Both the position numbers and the translations under genes were made by a program. Of a DNA stretch of 64,000 nt, positions 37,167 to 50,188 are shown in pieces. Positions within the stretch are counted from its first letter, which is position 1. Each line of letters opens with the position of its first letter. The notes under the pieces are model-generated. The model saw nothing but the letters and a program-made list of their open reading frames with translations. It ran no database searches and was not told where the DNA came from. Source of the stretch: Octopus sinensis (lineage: Eukaryota); NCBI RefSeq assembly GCF_006345805.1, contig NC_042998.1, positions 23,312,001-23,376,000 on the forward strand, read 5' to 3'.

Positions 37167-37435
37167 TTAAAACCATTTCCCTTTCCTTTCTGTTATTTCT
37201 AGACGCCTTTGAGAATGGTATGCACATCACAACATTATATTTCATTCACCTTCGAATGTGTTTATCCTAAAGAATTCTGCATTTTTTGGGTGATGTTGAT
37301 AAATAACAAGTGATTTAAGTGAAGATGTGCACAAACTTTCAAATATTACATATGACAAAAAGAAACAAAAATTTTCAATAACTTTTCCCAGTTTTACTAC
37401 TACTACTACTACTACTACTACTAATAATAATAATG

Positions 37436-37900
37436 ATCCTCTAGGACTCCCCAATCCAAACAGATCAGGTGCTAAAGCATAACAGAGTGGACCTAGTGGT
37501 GGTGGACAAGATGCACCACATATGCTATATTGTTGATGTTGCATGTTCCTTTGACCCACGAATAGTCAAGAAGGGAGGTGAATAGATAGACAGATACGAC
37601 CCTCTTTAATGCAAAATAGCCCGGCTATGGAAAATGAAGGTGAAGATAGTGCCAATTATTGTTAGGTCCTTGGGAACAGTATCAGAAGGCATCAAGAAGA
37701 ATATCAAGGAAACTGGAATAGAGTGCCCAGTAGAATTGTTACAAAAGGTTTGCCTCTTTGGCATGGCCAGAATAATCAGAAAAGTATTAGATAGCTGAAA
37801 AGAATGGATAGCATGGTACCGTAGGGTGCAGGTAGCAAGTCTGCTATGCATGCAAGACTCTAGGAGCTCCAACGAAACCTGTGATAAAGAGAAATAATGA
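37436..37900 (+). pseudogene. 3' end of an R4/Dong-type LINE: restriction-like endonuclease domain
   Basis: One frame 37436-37798 with 3 internal stops: IL*DSPIQTDQVLKHNRVDLVVVDK..CYIVDVACSFD...RYDPL...RLWKMKVKIVPIIVRSLG...LLQKVCLFGMARIIRKVL; flanked by (TAC)(TAA)n and TAA/TGA repeats. Confidence 0.85.
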
Positions 37901-39247
37901 TGATGATGATAATAATAATCCTTCAGGGTATAGGCACAAGGCCTGAAATTCTGAAGGGAGGGTGTAAGTTGATTATATCAACCCCATTGCACAACTGGTA
38001 TTCATTTTATAATAATAATGATTTTAAATTTTGGCATTTTAGATGAGAGGCAAGTTGATTACATTCACCCCAGTCTTCAACTGGTACTTATTTTATCGAC
38101 TCTGAAAGGATGAAATGCAAAGTTAATCTCAATGGAATTTGAACTCAGGACATATAGACAGACAGCTTGTTGCTAAGCATTTTGCCTGGTGTGGTAATTA
38201 TTCTGCTAGTTTGCAAAGACATAAAGAAAAAACATATAAGATTCTGTTAAAAATTTTTTTTTAAAAATGAAAGAAAAAAGAAAGCAGCACAACAGAGATG
38301 AGAGACAATAGATGAGCCCTCAAAACATAGTGGAAATCTTAGAGAACAACTACAGCAGAGGAAATAAGGTGTTACAACAAATCAAAAATAGACAGAATGA
38401 AAAAAGAAATTATAACTAAAATCCAAAATGATAATGAAAGCTATAGAAGTCACCATGGAAACATTCAGCGAAATGCAGTCACAACAAATGTATACCTCCA
38501 GCCTCACTTTGAACAACAAACAATAAAAACACACATGACAGCGAATCAACGGAAGTTAACATTGAGGAGGAATTAGGAGAAACAATAAAGAAAATAGAAA
38601 GGAACAAGAGATGAACATGGATGAATGTAAACATCTGCTCAAGTTACATATGAAGAAGCAGCTCTATGGAAGAGTAAATAAATGTAAGAAGGCTCCATAA
38701 GAAATTCTCTCCATGGAAATGAACTACTTCAAAATAAAGATACGGAGTAATGCAATATATTTGTAGTACTGATAATATCAAGGGACAACAGGTTTGGCAT
38801 TAATAGGGTCAGACCTTCTTGAGTTCGCATTCCATGAAAAAAGAAAAAGAAAGCAAATATACCACATAAATTGAAAAAATATATATATATAAATGTAAAG
38901 CCCTAGCCTTTCATTGAAAAGAGATGGAGTCAACATATGGATAAAAAAAAAAGTATGATATCAATAAAAGAAATAGATGTTCTCTAGATGTGGTAAAAGT
39001 AAAGCTGAAACCAACTGTGTCAGTAAAAAGCAAATAGGATAAGATGCTTTGAAAAAACTGTGAGTGCTTCTAGGAGAATTAAGGTATGCGAATGAACACT
39101 TAAACATTTCGCAGAATGCAAAGCCCTGGAGGAAATGTAGAAATCAAAAGAAATTGAAGCGTATGAAGTGGAAATATGGGTGAAAAAAGAAATTTAGTAT
39201 AATAAAATAAAAAGTACAATGGATTAGAAAGAAAGACCCCCCCGCCC

Positions 39248-39289
<42 letters not shown>

Positions 39290-39291
<2 letters not shown>

Positions 39292-40180
39292 AACATCTCA
39301 TGTATGGCCCACAATAACCAGTAAAGGACTCACCAATATATTAAAAGCAAATGGAAAGCATTTAGGATTGACAAAATTCCTAATTCCTGATTAAAGCAAC
39401 TGACCACCACCTATGAATATGTAGCAGTAACATTCAATGAACTGGTAAGCAGACCAAAATCAATATGTGTATAGGTGCTAGAGAGGTGAATAACACTGAT
39501 TCCACAAATGTTCCATGGGTTCCCTTAATAAATAAGCTTATAACTTACATGCCAACATAGAAAACTCCAAATGTTTATTCTGCAGCAGACTGGTTACATA
39601 CTCAAAGAGCAATGATATATTAACAGAAGAATAGAAAGGAAGCAAGAAAGGGATGCATGACTTTAAAGAACAGTGACAGGTGAAATGGTGATAACAGAAG
39701 ACAGCAAAAAGAGGAAAAACTTTAGTTTAACCAGGATTGATAACTGGAAAGCATTTAATAGCATATCCCACATTGTGGGATCCTTGAAACAGTCCATGAA
39801 AAGAGATGTCAATATTAACTATACACATCAATTTTGCCATGTGAAAGTGGAAAGTCAACATATCAACAAAAGACAAAGGGAAAATGATTAAAACCAGCCC
39901 TATATCCATAGGAAAAGGGACCTTAGGAGAGAGAGACTTGTCCATTTTTATTATTTTGCTAAACTCTGGTATTAAAAACAGGACTAATATTAAAAACTGA
40001 ATTCAGTGCTAGAAATAAGATAATAGGTATAAATACACTAACCATCACAGTTATAAACAACAAAATTAATATAACTATGTTAAAGGAATTGAAGAACTTG
40101 GACAAAAGTAGGAAGCTACTAACAGTATTCTGAGGCCATCATCCCAAAACAGATATAAACTATGCTTACCTCATATACAG
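39290..40180 (+). pseudogene. Highly degenerate R4/Dong-type RT fragment, internally deleted
   Basis: KWKAFRIDKIPNS*LKQL; ILTEE*KGSKKG; ITEDSKKRKNFSLTRIDNWKAFNSISH; LILKTEFSARNKIIGINTL; RKLLTVF*GHHPKTDI; no YxDD segment seen. Confidence 0.75.
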
Positions 40181-40554
40181 GATACCTCATTTTATCACGT
40201 CTTCAGAAGGATAACAGGCACAGCCTGCTACAGCAGGGTTTGAACTCAGAATAGAAATGGTCATAACTAAATATCACAGGTGTTTTGGTCCAACACTCAG
40301 GTGATTTTCAAGCAGGAAGCTCAGTATTTTGGTCAATTTAACTCAACTGAGTAATTAATCTTCCAAAGATTTTACTCTTACACTTGTGAAAACAGCCTTT
40401 ATGTCTCCCAGATCAACTTCACCTTTCTACCTTCTCATGATGGTTAAGTTAAATACTAGCCAAATACTGGAGTTTATTTGATTAACTAACCTCTTCTCTC
40501 CTAATGTATGGCCTTGTGGATACCTTAGAAATAATAATACCAATTCTTTCTACT

Positions 40555-40950
40555 ATCATCATCATCATCATCGTTTAACGTCCGCTTTCCATGCTAGCAT
40601 GGGTTGGACGATTTTGACTGAGGGCTGGCGAACCAGATGGCTGCACCAGGCTCCAATCTTGATCTGGCAGAGTTTCTACAGCTGGATGCCCTTCCTAACG
40701 CCAACCACTCCGAGAGTGTAGTGGGTGCTTTTTACGTGCCACCAGCACAGGGGCCAGTCGGGCGGTACTGGCAACGACCTCGCTCGAATCTTTTTACACA
40801 TGCCACCGGCACAGGAGCCAGTAAGGCGATGCTGGTAACGATCACACTCGAATGGTGCCTTTTACGTGCCACCGGAACGGAAGCCAGTTAGCCGCTCTGG
40901 CAACGATCACGCTTGGATGGTGCTCTTGGCACCCTACTAGCATGGGCACT
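40555..40950 (-). mobile_element. Family C (RTE 3' fragment), CpG-rich
   Basis: (CAT)n-cgtttaacgtccgctttccatgctagcatggg...four repeat units. Confidence 0.92.
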
Positions 40951-41014
40951 ATAGTTTCAAAAATCATAAATACCAACACTGTTTGCATATACTGAATAAG
41001 AGTTTATAATACTA

Positions 41015-42265
41015 ATTCTTTCTGCTATAGGCACAAGGCCAGCAGTTTTAGGGAGAGGTGGAAAGTTGATTACATTAACCCCAGTGCTCAATGAGTACTT
41101 CCTTTACGGACTCTGAAAGAATACAAAGCAAAGTTGATCTCAGTAGAATTTGAACTCAAACTGGAAGGAACTAGAAAAAATACCACTAAGCTTTTTGTCC
41201 AATGCACGAATGATTCTGCCAGCTTGCTGCCTTAATAATATTAATAAGGACAACTTATATTCTTCTGATTATTATTATTATTATTAATATTATTATTATC
41301 ATCATCATCATCATCATATTAGCATGCTTGGCGAAATGCTTAGTGGTATTTTGTCTGCTGCTACATTCTGAGTTCAAATCCTGCTGGGATCGACTTTGTC
41401 TTTCATCCTTGCAGGGTTGATAAATTAAGTACCAGTTGCATACTGGGGTCGATCTAATCGACTGCCCCACCTCCCCAAACATTTCAGGCCTTGTGCCTAG
41501 AGTAGAAAATATTATTATTATTATTATCATATTAGCATGCTGGGCGAAATGCTTAGCAGTATTTCATTTGCTGCTACATTCTGAGTTCAAATCCCGCCAG
41601 GGTTGACTTTGACTTTCATCCTTTCGGGGTTGATAAATTAAGTACCAGTTGTGTACTGAGATTGAGTTAATCAACTGGCCCCCTTCCCCAAACATTTCAG
41701 GCCTTGTGCCTAGAGTAGAAAAAATTATTATTATGATTATTATTATATTAGCACGCTGGGTGAAATGCTTAGAGGTATTTTGTCTGCTGCTATGTTATGA
41801 GTTCAAATCTTTGCCTTTCTTCCTTTCGGGGTTGATAAATAAGTACCAGTTGCATACTGGGGTCAATCATATCGATTGGTTCCCTCCCCAAAATTTCGGG
41901 TCTTGTGCATAGAGTAGAAAAGATTATCATTATTATTATTATTAAGGTTGCGAGCTGGCAGAATCGTAAGCCTGCAGGGCAAAATGAATTATAGAATTTC
42001 GTCCATCTTTACTTTTGGAGTTCAAATCCCGAGGTTGACTTTGCCTTTCACCCTTTCAGGGTGGTGAAATAAGTACCAGTTGAGTACTGGGTTGATACGA
42101 TCGACTACCCCTCTCTCCTAATTTTCAGACCTCGTGCCTTAAGTAGAAAGGATCTACCTTTCATCCTTTCGGGGTTGATAAAGTAAGTCCCAGTTGAACA
42201 CTGGGGTCGATGTAATCGACTCATCCCCTCCCCCCAAAATGACTGCTCTTGTGTCAAAATTTTAA
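41015..42265. mobile_element. Array of about six SINE family B copies with (ATT)n spacers (first on minus, rest on plus)
   Basis: Minus ~41015-41233; plus from 41316, 41529, 41745, ~41944 and partial ~42155. Confidence 0.88.
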
Positions 42266-42293
42266 ATTATTATTATTATTATTATTATTATTC

Positions 42294-42500
42294 AGCCTCG
42301 TCTGGCACCTGTGCAGGTGGCACGTAAAAAGCACCCACTACATTCACGGAGTGGTTGGCGTTAGGAAGGGCATCCAGCTGTAGAAACACTGCCAGATCAG
42401 ACTGGGCCTGGTGCAGCCTTCTGGTTTCCCAGACCCCAGTTGAACCGTCCAACCCATGCTAGCATGGAAAACGGACGTTAAACGATGATGATGATGATTA
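42294..42500 (+). mobile_element. Family C (RTE 3' fragment)
   Basis: cagcctcgtctggcacc...aggaagggcatccagctgtagaaacactgccagatc, same subtype as the 16530-17046 end. Confidence 0.9.
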
Positions 42501-43025
42501 TTATTATTATTACTATTATTATTGTTATTACAAATAATACCGCAAATAATACTTATTCCATATATGCAAACAGTGCTGGCATTTGTGATTGAGGAAATAA
42601 ATGGCAGCACTTTCAGTCAAACAAAAAGAGAGAGAGAGAGAGAGAGGGATAGAGAGATAGAGAAAGAGAAAGAGAGACTTAAAGAGAAGGGGTAGGGAGG
42701 GAGGGAGGGAGGGAGAGACAAAGAAATACCAATAGTACTTGAGAGAAAGAGACAGAGAGAGAGAGAGTGTGTGATAGAAGGAAAGTGCTATAGCAATAGA
42801 GGGCTGAGGGTCAAGCAGGGAGGCGGGGTGGTGGTGGTGGTGGCGGTGGAGAAAAAGAAAGACAGTGCATTATTACAGATACAGCAACAGCATCATTTAG
42901 TCATTCTTATCTTCCGTTGGATTCATGTTTACACACATGTTATCGATTACTGCAAGATGTTTCTCCCTCTATTCAGGGAGAATTTAAAAAGCACATATGT
43001 TGACAACCCTTGTAGCACAGCAGAC

Positions 43026-43040
43026 ATGGATAAGACCAAG
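43026..43040 (+). CDS. Candidate exon end or short first coding exon (MDKTK) of an unidentified gene
   Basis: gacATGGATAAGACCAAG followed by GTGAGT (strong donor, phase 0), downstream of a GA-rich tract in non-repetitive sequence. Confidence 0.3.
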
Positions 43041-43499
43041 GTGAGTTAAATGCATTTCACAGTAGAATTAGTTCCTTACAAAACAAAAAATTCAAGTTAG
43101 AAATTTCTTCTTTTTTTTTTTTTTCTCCTTCTTTAAACGTTTGTTACTTTCATTGATAGAATAATAAGCAATCATTTCAGAAACTGTTTCTTTCTTTTCT
43201 TTAAATTTTCCCTTTTAGTTTTGCATCTGCACATTCATTTTAATTGCACATCATACATACACGGGCGATCGCATGCACATGCATATCGTGGTGTGATATG
43301 CATCAGCACGCAGCAACTGCAAAGATGCAGTCACCACAACATCAGGTGTTTTCGGAATTATAAACAAAAGAAAAGAAAAATTTGTGACATAATACAAAGT
43401 ACACACTTCTCTCTTTCTCTCTCTCTCTCTCCCCCTCTCCTATTCAATAACATATACATATGTGTATATATAGATGTGTGTGTGTGTATGTATATATAT

Positions 43500-43543
<44 letters not shown>

Positions 43544-43621
43544 CATGTGTACATATATGTATATGTGTACATATATGTGAATATATATGTATGTGTTTAT
43601 ATATGTATATGTGTATATAAA

Positions 43622-43660
<39 letters not shown>

Positions 43661-43714
43661 GTATGCATGTATGTACATATATATATGTATGCATTTATGT
43701 ACATACATATATAT

Positions 43715-43910
43715 GTATGCATGTATATACATACATATATAAGTATGCATGTATATACATACATACATAGGTATGCATGTATATACATACATATATAGGT
43801 ATGCATGTATATACATACATATATAGGTATGCATGTATATACATACATATATAGGTATGCATGTATATACATACATATATAGGTATGCATGTATATACAT
43901 ACATATATAT
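43715..43910 (+). repeat. 28-bp minisatellite, about 7 units
   Basis: ataggtatgcatgtatatacatacatat repeated (agg at 43769, 43797, ...). Confidence 0.9.
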
Positions 43911-44489
43911 ACATATGTATATATATATATGTATATGCATATATATTTATATACGCACACAATGTATGTAGAAGAATAATCAGGTTCAACAAGAGATCAA
44001 TGAATGAGTGTATAAATTTAAAATTTTTCACTTATTTATATTTAAAATTCTATTGATTTCAAGAAAATGTGCACATGCGTGCATGTGTGTGTATGTGTGT
44101 TGTGGGGTGTATGTACAGCTAGCTAAAGATGGATTTAAATAAAATATTGTGTCTGTTTGACTATCAATTTATCTGTGTATATATTCACACTTATAACATA
44201 CTCCTCATATATATATTTATATATTAGCTATACATTAATGCTTGTATATTGGATAAATATGATGTAAAAATGTTCGAAAACAAAAGATAGTTGTGCAAGA
44301 GTTTTGGAAAAATATGAAATTTGAATTTGAAAGTTCGCATTCTCTTTGCCAAACTCTACACTCATTTCAGTGAAGTTCGCTGACATACTCACAGACACCT
44401 GTATCAAACTATGACATGGATGAAACTTAACCAATATAGGCAAACAAACATAAATATATAATTTTCTAAGTAAATTTCATTTATATGAG

Positions 44490-44545
<56 letters not shown>

Positions 44546-45494
44546 GTGTGTGTGTGAGTTTCTGCAGCCACGCAAATACATATGTATAATTACATGTATA
44601 TATGTATATATAAATACAAATATACTTTGAGTATATAATATATATATATATATATATTCAAATAAAGATGGATATATATAGATATATATATATACACATA
44701 CATACATATACATATATAAATATGCATATGTATTGAGTTAGATATACATATATACATGTGTACATATAGATATGTATGTGCATGTATATATGTGTGTGTA
44801 TGTGCATGTGTGTGTTGAAGGAGTGTGAATTTGAATGTAAATATATGAATATTCATTTATATATGAGCATGTTTGTTTGCATGTATGTATGTATGTATGT
44901 ATGTTTGTATGTATGTATGAATGAATGTATATTTGTAACTTTGAATGTATTAATATATGCACAGATTTTTGCATGCGTATGTGTGTGTGTGTGTCTATGT
45001 ATATCTATGTTATGTATATGTGTGTATGTATACTGAGACACTGCCACACACAAACAGAAATGACACATACATACACACAAAACATAACAGCGTGCAGCAA
45101 ACACTCACAGAATTAATTTTAATTAAACGAAGATTTTCATGTTCATGGATGCATGTAGTGGCAGTTTTGAAGAATTTTATGAAGAATTCTATAAATGATG
45201 CTGCACAATTTTGTTTGACAACATTACTCCTAGGGTGCTATAAGCTGTTTTGAATATTTTTTGCAATCTGTCTATTTCTCTATGTGTTGATGTGTATGTG
45301 GTGTGTGTGTGTGTGTGTATCTATCTATCTATCTGTTTATCTATATATAAATATACACATGTCGATGCACACACACACACACACACATATAGGAAGGGCA
45401 TCCAACTATGGAAATATTTGCCTCAATAAACTCTGTCTCACCTGCCCAAGTCTGGAAAAGTGGACGTTAAAATGATGATGATGATGATCTATAC

Positions 45495-45531
<37 letters not shown>

Positions 45532-45630
45532 TATGTGTGTGTGTGTATATATAAATGTATCAAAGTAAACACAAATGGCATTTAAAATTTACAACAGTAT
45601 ATATATGTTTATATATGTATATGTATGCAA

Positions 45631-45668
<38 letters not shown>

Positions 45669-45758
45669 ATATAGTATACATGCACACACAGACAAATGCC
45701 AATATGTAGATGCGTGTGTGAGGGAGGGGTCAGTGAAATCCAAAGATCCAGCGTTGCC

Positions 45759-45818
45759 ATGCTGATTCTTCTTGAAAATTATGTAAAGAGAAGGACAATT
45801 CCTGGAAATGAAGACAAG
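45759..45818 (+). CDS. Candidate first coding exon (MLILLENYVKRRTIPGNEDK) with GC donor
   Basis: gttgccATG context, 20 open codons, then AAG|GCAAGT (canonical GC-type donor, phase 0); unique island amid microsatellites. Confidence 0.2.
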
Positions 45819-46503
45819 GCAAGTAGCGTTAAAAGATAAAGCCATCTAAGTGAAGTAGAGTACATATAGCATGTATTCATTATTTTCCCAGCTGGTTGTC
45901 ATAAAAATGACAAATTAACATTGTTATTTGCTGTCAGTATTATCTTGGGCAAGCATTGCATGTCTTATATTCATAGAGGCAACACCACACTATCAAAGGT
46001 ACACGAGTGTGTTGAACTGGATAAGGGGCATGAAAATGTTTATAAGCTGAAATTGACAAGAAGGGCTATTGAATATATATATGTTTTTTTTATAAACATA
46101 TATGTATGTGTGTGTGTGTGTGAATGTATGTGAATGTATGTATGTATGTATGTATGTATGTATAATATATATATATATGTATACATATATATATATGTAT
46201 ACATATATATATATATACACACACACAAATACATTCACATGTGTGTGTATGTGTGTATAGATATTTGCATATATGTATTTGTACGAATATGCAATATATA
46301 TATATATATATATATACAGGCACACACACACACAAATACGTTCACATGTGTGTATATGTGTGCATAGATGTCTGTATATATGTATATGTATGAATATATG
46401 TATATTTACATATACAAATACATGCATGTATAAATATATATAAATACACACATTCTCATGCACACACACACACATATATAGGAAGGGCATCCAATCATGG
46501 AAA

Positions 46504-46533
<30 letters not shown>

Positions 46534-46535
<2 letters not shown>

Positions 46536-47632
46536 CCAGAGTAAGCACATAAATGTGAAACAAGGTGGAAAAAAAATAGTACTCGAATGGTGGAGGCAGA
46601 GTAATATGCTTTATTGATACATCATATATCAATGTAATTTCAAATGTGCATCTATCAATGTAATTGTATACATATAACCTTATTTTTGCTCCATTCTAAA
46701 CCCAGGCTGTCCAATGAACAGGAACATGAAACTCTGAGTGACAGTTTTTTTTACGTCTTTGCAGCTTTATTAATAAAGTGTACACATACACACACACCAC
46801 ACACATCCATGCCAACATGGAAGGTGGATGTTAAACGATGATATATATATAAAATATATAAAACTTATATATTTTTTTTCTCTCCTTGTTTTTTTGTGTA
46901 TCTTTCTGTTGAAGAGCGTAGACTCGAAACGTAAAAGACTTTTTCTATTTCTATTCCTGAGCGCTATACTAATACATTTGTTTGTTTGTACTCCACCTGC
47001 CTTCGTCTTTTGTTCATTTTCGTAAACTTTCCCTTTATAAAACTTATATACAGATAAATGTAAACGCACACACACACACATATATGTATACATACTGCAT
47101 AAACTTAAGGTGCATAAAAACATAACATACATATACATATATATATATGTCATGATAGGGTAGAAACTTGATGTAATCTTACTGCAATAATCAGCATAAA
47201 CACCTGGCAATCTACACTTTCATAATGGAACTTCAAAAACATGGCAGTTCCACTGGTGAAGGAACTCTACATAACTCACAGGTAAAACCAGTATGTATTT
47301 CAAAGAGTAACACATAAGTAATAAATGGATGAATGGATCTAATGAATTTTTGCCCAGCTCAACCAACCTGAAGTCGGTGGGACATTTAATATGTATATGT
47401 ATGTGTGTGTGTGTGTGTGTGTGTGTGGATACATACATATATATGTTGCAAGTGACATTTTTTTTTTATTCCATTCTCAACCAAAACTGTCCAGCGAACG
47501 GGAACATAAAACTCTGGATAACAGTTTTTGTGATGTCTTTGCTGCTTTATTAATAAAGCATATTACTCTGCCTCTGGTATTTGAGTACTATTTTCTCCCA
47601 GCTTGTTTCACACATTTATGTGCTTACTCTGG

Positions 47633-47634
<2 letters not shown>
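46534..47634. mobile_element. Patchwork of Penelope-like termini (inverted and direct partial copies)
   Basis: 46534-46615 is the reverse complement of 47552-47634; 46690-46780 is a direct copy of 47471-47558; hammerhead-like motifs at 46707-46745, 46901-46938 and 47483-47528. Confidence 0.65.
46901..46938 (+). ncRNA. Minimal hammerhead motif (core CUGUUGA variant)
   Basis: tcttt-CTGTTGA-a-gag(cgtaga)ctc-GAAA-cg-TA-aaaga; stem I tcttt/aaaga, GUA cleavage triplet. Confidence 0.7.
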
Positions 47635-47678
<44 letters not shown>

Positions 47679-49102
47679 CAGCAAAACAATTAAGATTCAA
47701 ATGAATATGGTACTTAACTTAGATGCACCAGAATTCTTTATGGTATTAACCATAAAATTATGTGGGGTGATTATAACCAAGATATGATGAATACTTGACA
47801 TTATATTTGCTGTAATATTTGCAGCTTTAAATAAAATGTTCTTAGTATGAAACAATTGTACTAAACTACTGATCCATTCTTGTTACTTTTTTCTTGGTTA
47901 TATATATATATATATATAATAGTGAGAAGTTGAAGTTATAAGAGATAATGGTGTCATTGAGACCCAAAGGTGTCAGGTAATGCTGAATAAGTGCTGTAGA
48001 CAGACTATAGTTAAGTTCCAGATTTGGTAATATTACGAATAAAGGGTTCAACGTTGGTTATGTTAGCGTGTATATATAAGAATTTTTTGCGTAATAAGAT
48101 AAAAAACCAAGGCTGTATATATATATACAGAATATGCAAGTTTAGTTCACTGGTGATCTAAACGAATAGGTATGCTGGGTAAGTGTTGTAATGGATTATC
48201 AGGGTTCCAAGCTTGTAACTGAGATGGGAGCTAGGGATCCATTTTAGGTTTCCGATTTAGCAGATATATATTTGTGAAAGAGGACAACAAATGCTGAGGC
48301 ATAACAAACATCTCAAGTCATGTACATCATTTTATATTATTCTTAAATTAATTGAGGTCTTACGGCTGTTTCTGGGATATCCTAAGTGATAGGCAAGTAT
48401 ACCTGAATATGGGGGTATTCTGTCGTCAGAGACAAGTAGAGAACATATGAAAGATCTAGATAAAGAAATATTCAGATAAAAGACCTGGACATGGAAATAA
48501 GAGAACATGTCTGGGCTGTTAGCTGTTCAATAAGCTGGAAGATTATTACTTCACTTTGAAGCAATTGGGATGGGGTGACAAGAAAGACATCTAACCATGG
48601 AAAAACTGCCTCAACATACACTTGTTGGACCCATTTGAGCATGTAAAAATAGATGCTAAAACAATGTTGATGATTAGGATATACATATATATGCATATAT
48701 AAAGAAAAGTAAGAAAATGGAGATCTTCATTCTCTTTGACTGTAGAAATCATAATTAATGTAGCTGACGCAGAATAATATAACAGAAAGGAGACCAAAAT
48801 CTGTGAGATAGTTATTCCATCCATTTTCTTACTTTTCTTTTCTGTTTATTTTTCTTTTTGTTTTTTTTTCTCATGTTTTCTCACAGACTAGTGTCCTAGT
48901 TTTTGAATACATCTAATGTTATGAGCTGAGCCTGAGATACTGCTTGGTGATACTTGGCATGTTATATAAATCTACCAATTTAATGTATCTTAAAGCATGA
49001 AACTATTAATGTACTTTTGTACATGATGCATATATAAATATATCTGTCTGTCTGTCTGTCTGTATGTATGTATGTATGCATGCATGCATGTATGTATGTA
49101 TA

Positions 49103-49230
49103 CAGTAGAGCTTCGATTTTCGAACAACTCTGAATATGAATAAATTGTACTTTATTTCCTGTCTTTCTCATATTCATTTAATACAGTAGTACCTCAGTTT
49201 ATGAATGACTCTGATCATGAATAAATCGTG

Positions 49231-49267
<37 letters not shown>

Positions 49268-49448
49268 GGATAAACTTTATTGGCTAAACTTGGAAAATGA
49301 CCATTCCGAAATATAACAATATCTGCTTCAACACACAACTTCACATAAAAAATCTTGCACAACAAATATATAAACATATATATATATATCAATATATCAA
49401 ACACAATTTATTCACGATCAGAGTTGTTCGAAAACCGAAGTACTACTG
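49103..49448. mobile_element. Tc1/mariner (pogo/Tigger-like) MITE with TA TSD
   Basis: TA-CAGTAGAGCTTCG... and ...CGAAGTACTACTG-TA; 46-bp TIRs with 40/46 identity; an extra TIR-like copy at ~49184-49230. Confidence 0.88.
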
Positions 49449-49944
49449 TATATACCAATGAATGGACAAACAAAAGAAAGAGACATTCGGCACATTTAGT
49501 AGGAGTTACATAGATTATTATTATTTAAAACAGATTGATTTGGGCCATTGCAACTTAATATCTTGTATGCTTGTCAGGGTTGGCTGCCTCAGCCCGATGT
49601 GCTAGTTTCCTGTGACATGCCTACAAAACTTTTCGTGGCATGGAGCCAAATGAAACTGTTATATATTATCTAAACACCCTAAGCACACCTTAGTGGTTAG
49701 GTTGTTGCACACATGATCGCTAGATTGTGATTTCAATTCCTAGACCAGGTGGTATGTTGTGTTCTTGAGCAAACCACATCATCTGGCATTGTTCTGCAAT
49801 CACTTCGACACCTGACGCATGGCACACCATGCAGCTGTTCAGACAATGTCGATTTGATGGAGGGAGTGAGTGAGCTAAAGTGTGGCACAAACATTTAATC
49901 ATACATCGTCTTCAACAGGAGAGTCTATCATATATATATATACA

Positions 49945-50157
49945 TACTCTTTTACTCTTTACTCTTTCACTTGTTTCAGTCATTTGACTGCGGCCATGCT
50001 GGAGCACTGCCTTTAGTCGAGGAAATTGACCCCAGGACTTATTCTTTGTAAGCTTAGTACTAATTGTATCAGTCTCTTTTGCTGAACTGCTAAGTTACAG
50101 GGATGTAAACACACCAGCATCAGTTATCAAGCGATGTTAGGGGGGGGGCAAACACAG

Positions 50158-50188
<31 letters not shown>

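Larger units (their letters stand above)
43440..47460. repeat. Compound microsatellite field (AT, GT/AC, ATGT) with interspersed fragments
   Basis: Direct inspection; source of the long Y/I/M/C/V and H/T-rich spurious ORFs. Confidence 0.95.

Noticed and set aside
37800-37900. R4/Dong element as the mobilising partner of TAA-associated SINE B
   Set aside because: The Dong-like 3' UTR shows no similarity to either SINE B 3' end, so shared-tail evidence is lacking.
43358-43960. 200-aa minus-strand ORF and overlapping ORFs at 43440-46550 and 50768-51450
   Set aside because: These are translations of (AT)n/(AC)n/28-bp tandem repeats ([12 protein letters not shown]) that lack stops for compositional reasons.
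47245-47300. ccactggtgaaggaact...aaaaccagta as a hammerhead relic
   Set aside because: Too many substitutions are needed in both conserved boxes.
47930-48450. Possible old minus-strand LINE fragment
   Set aside because: Only vague CR1-like words (IWNL); no run of conserved motifs I can defend.
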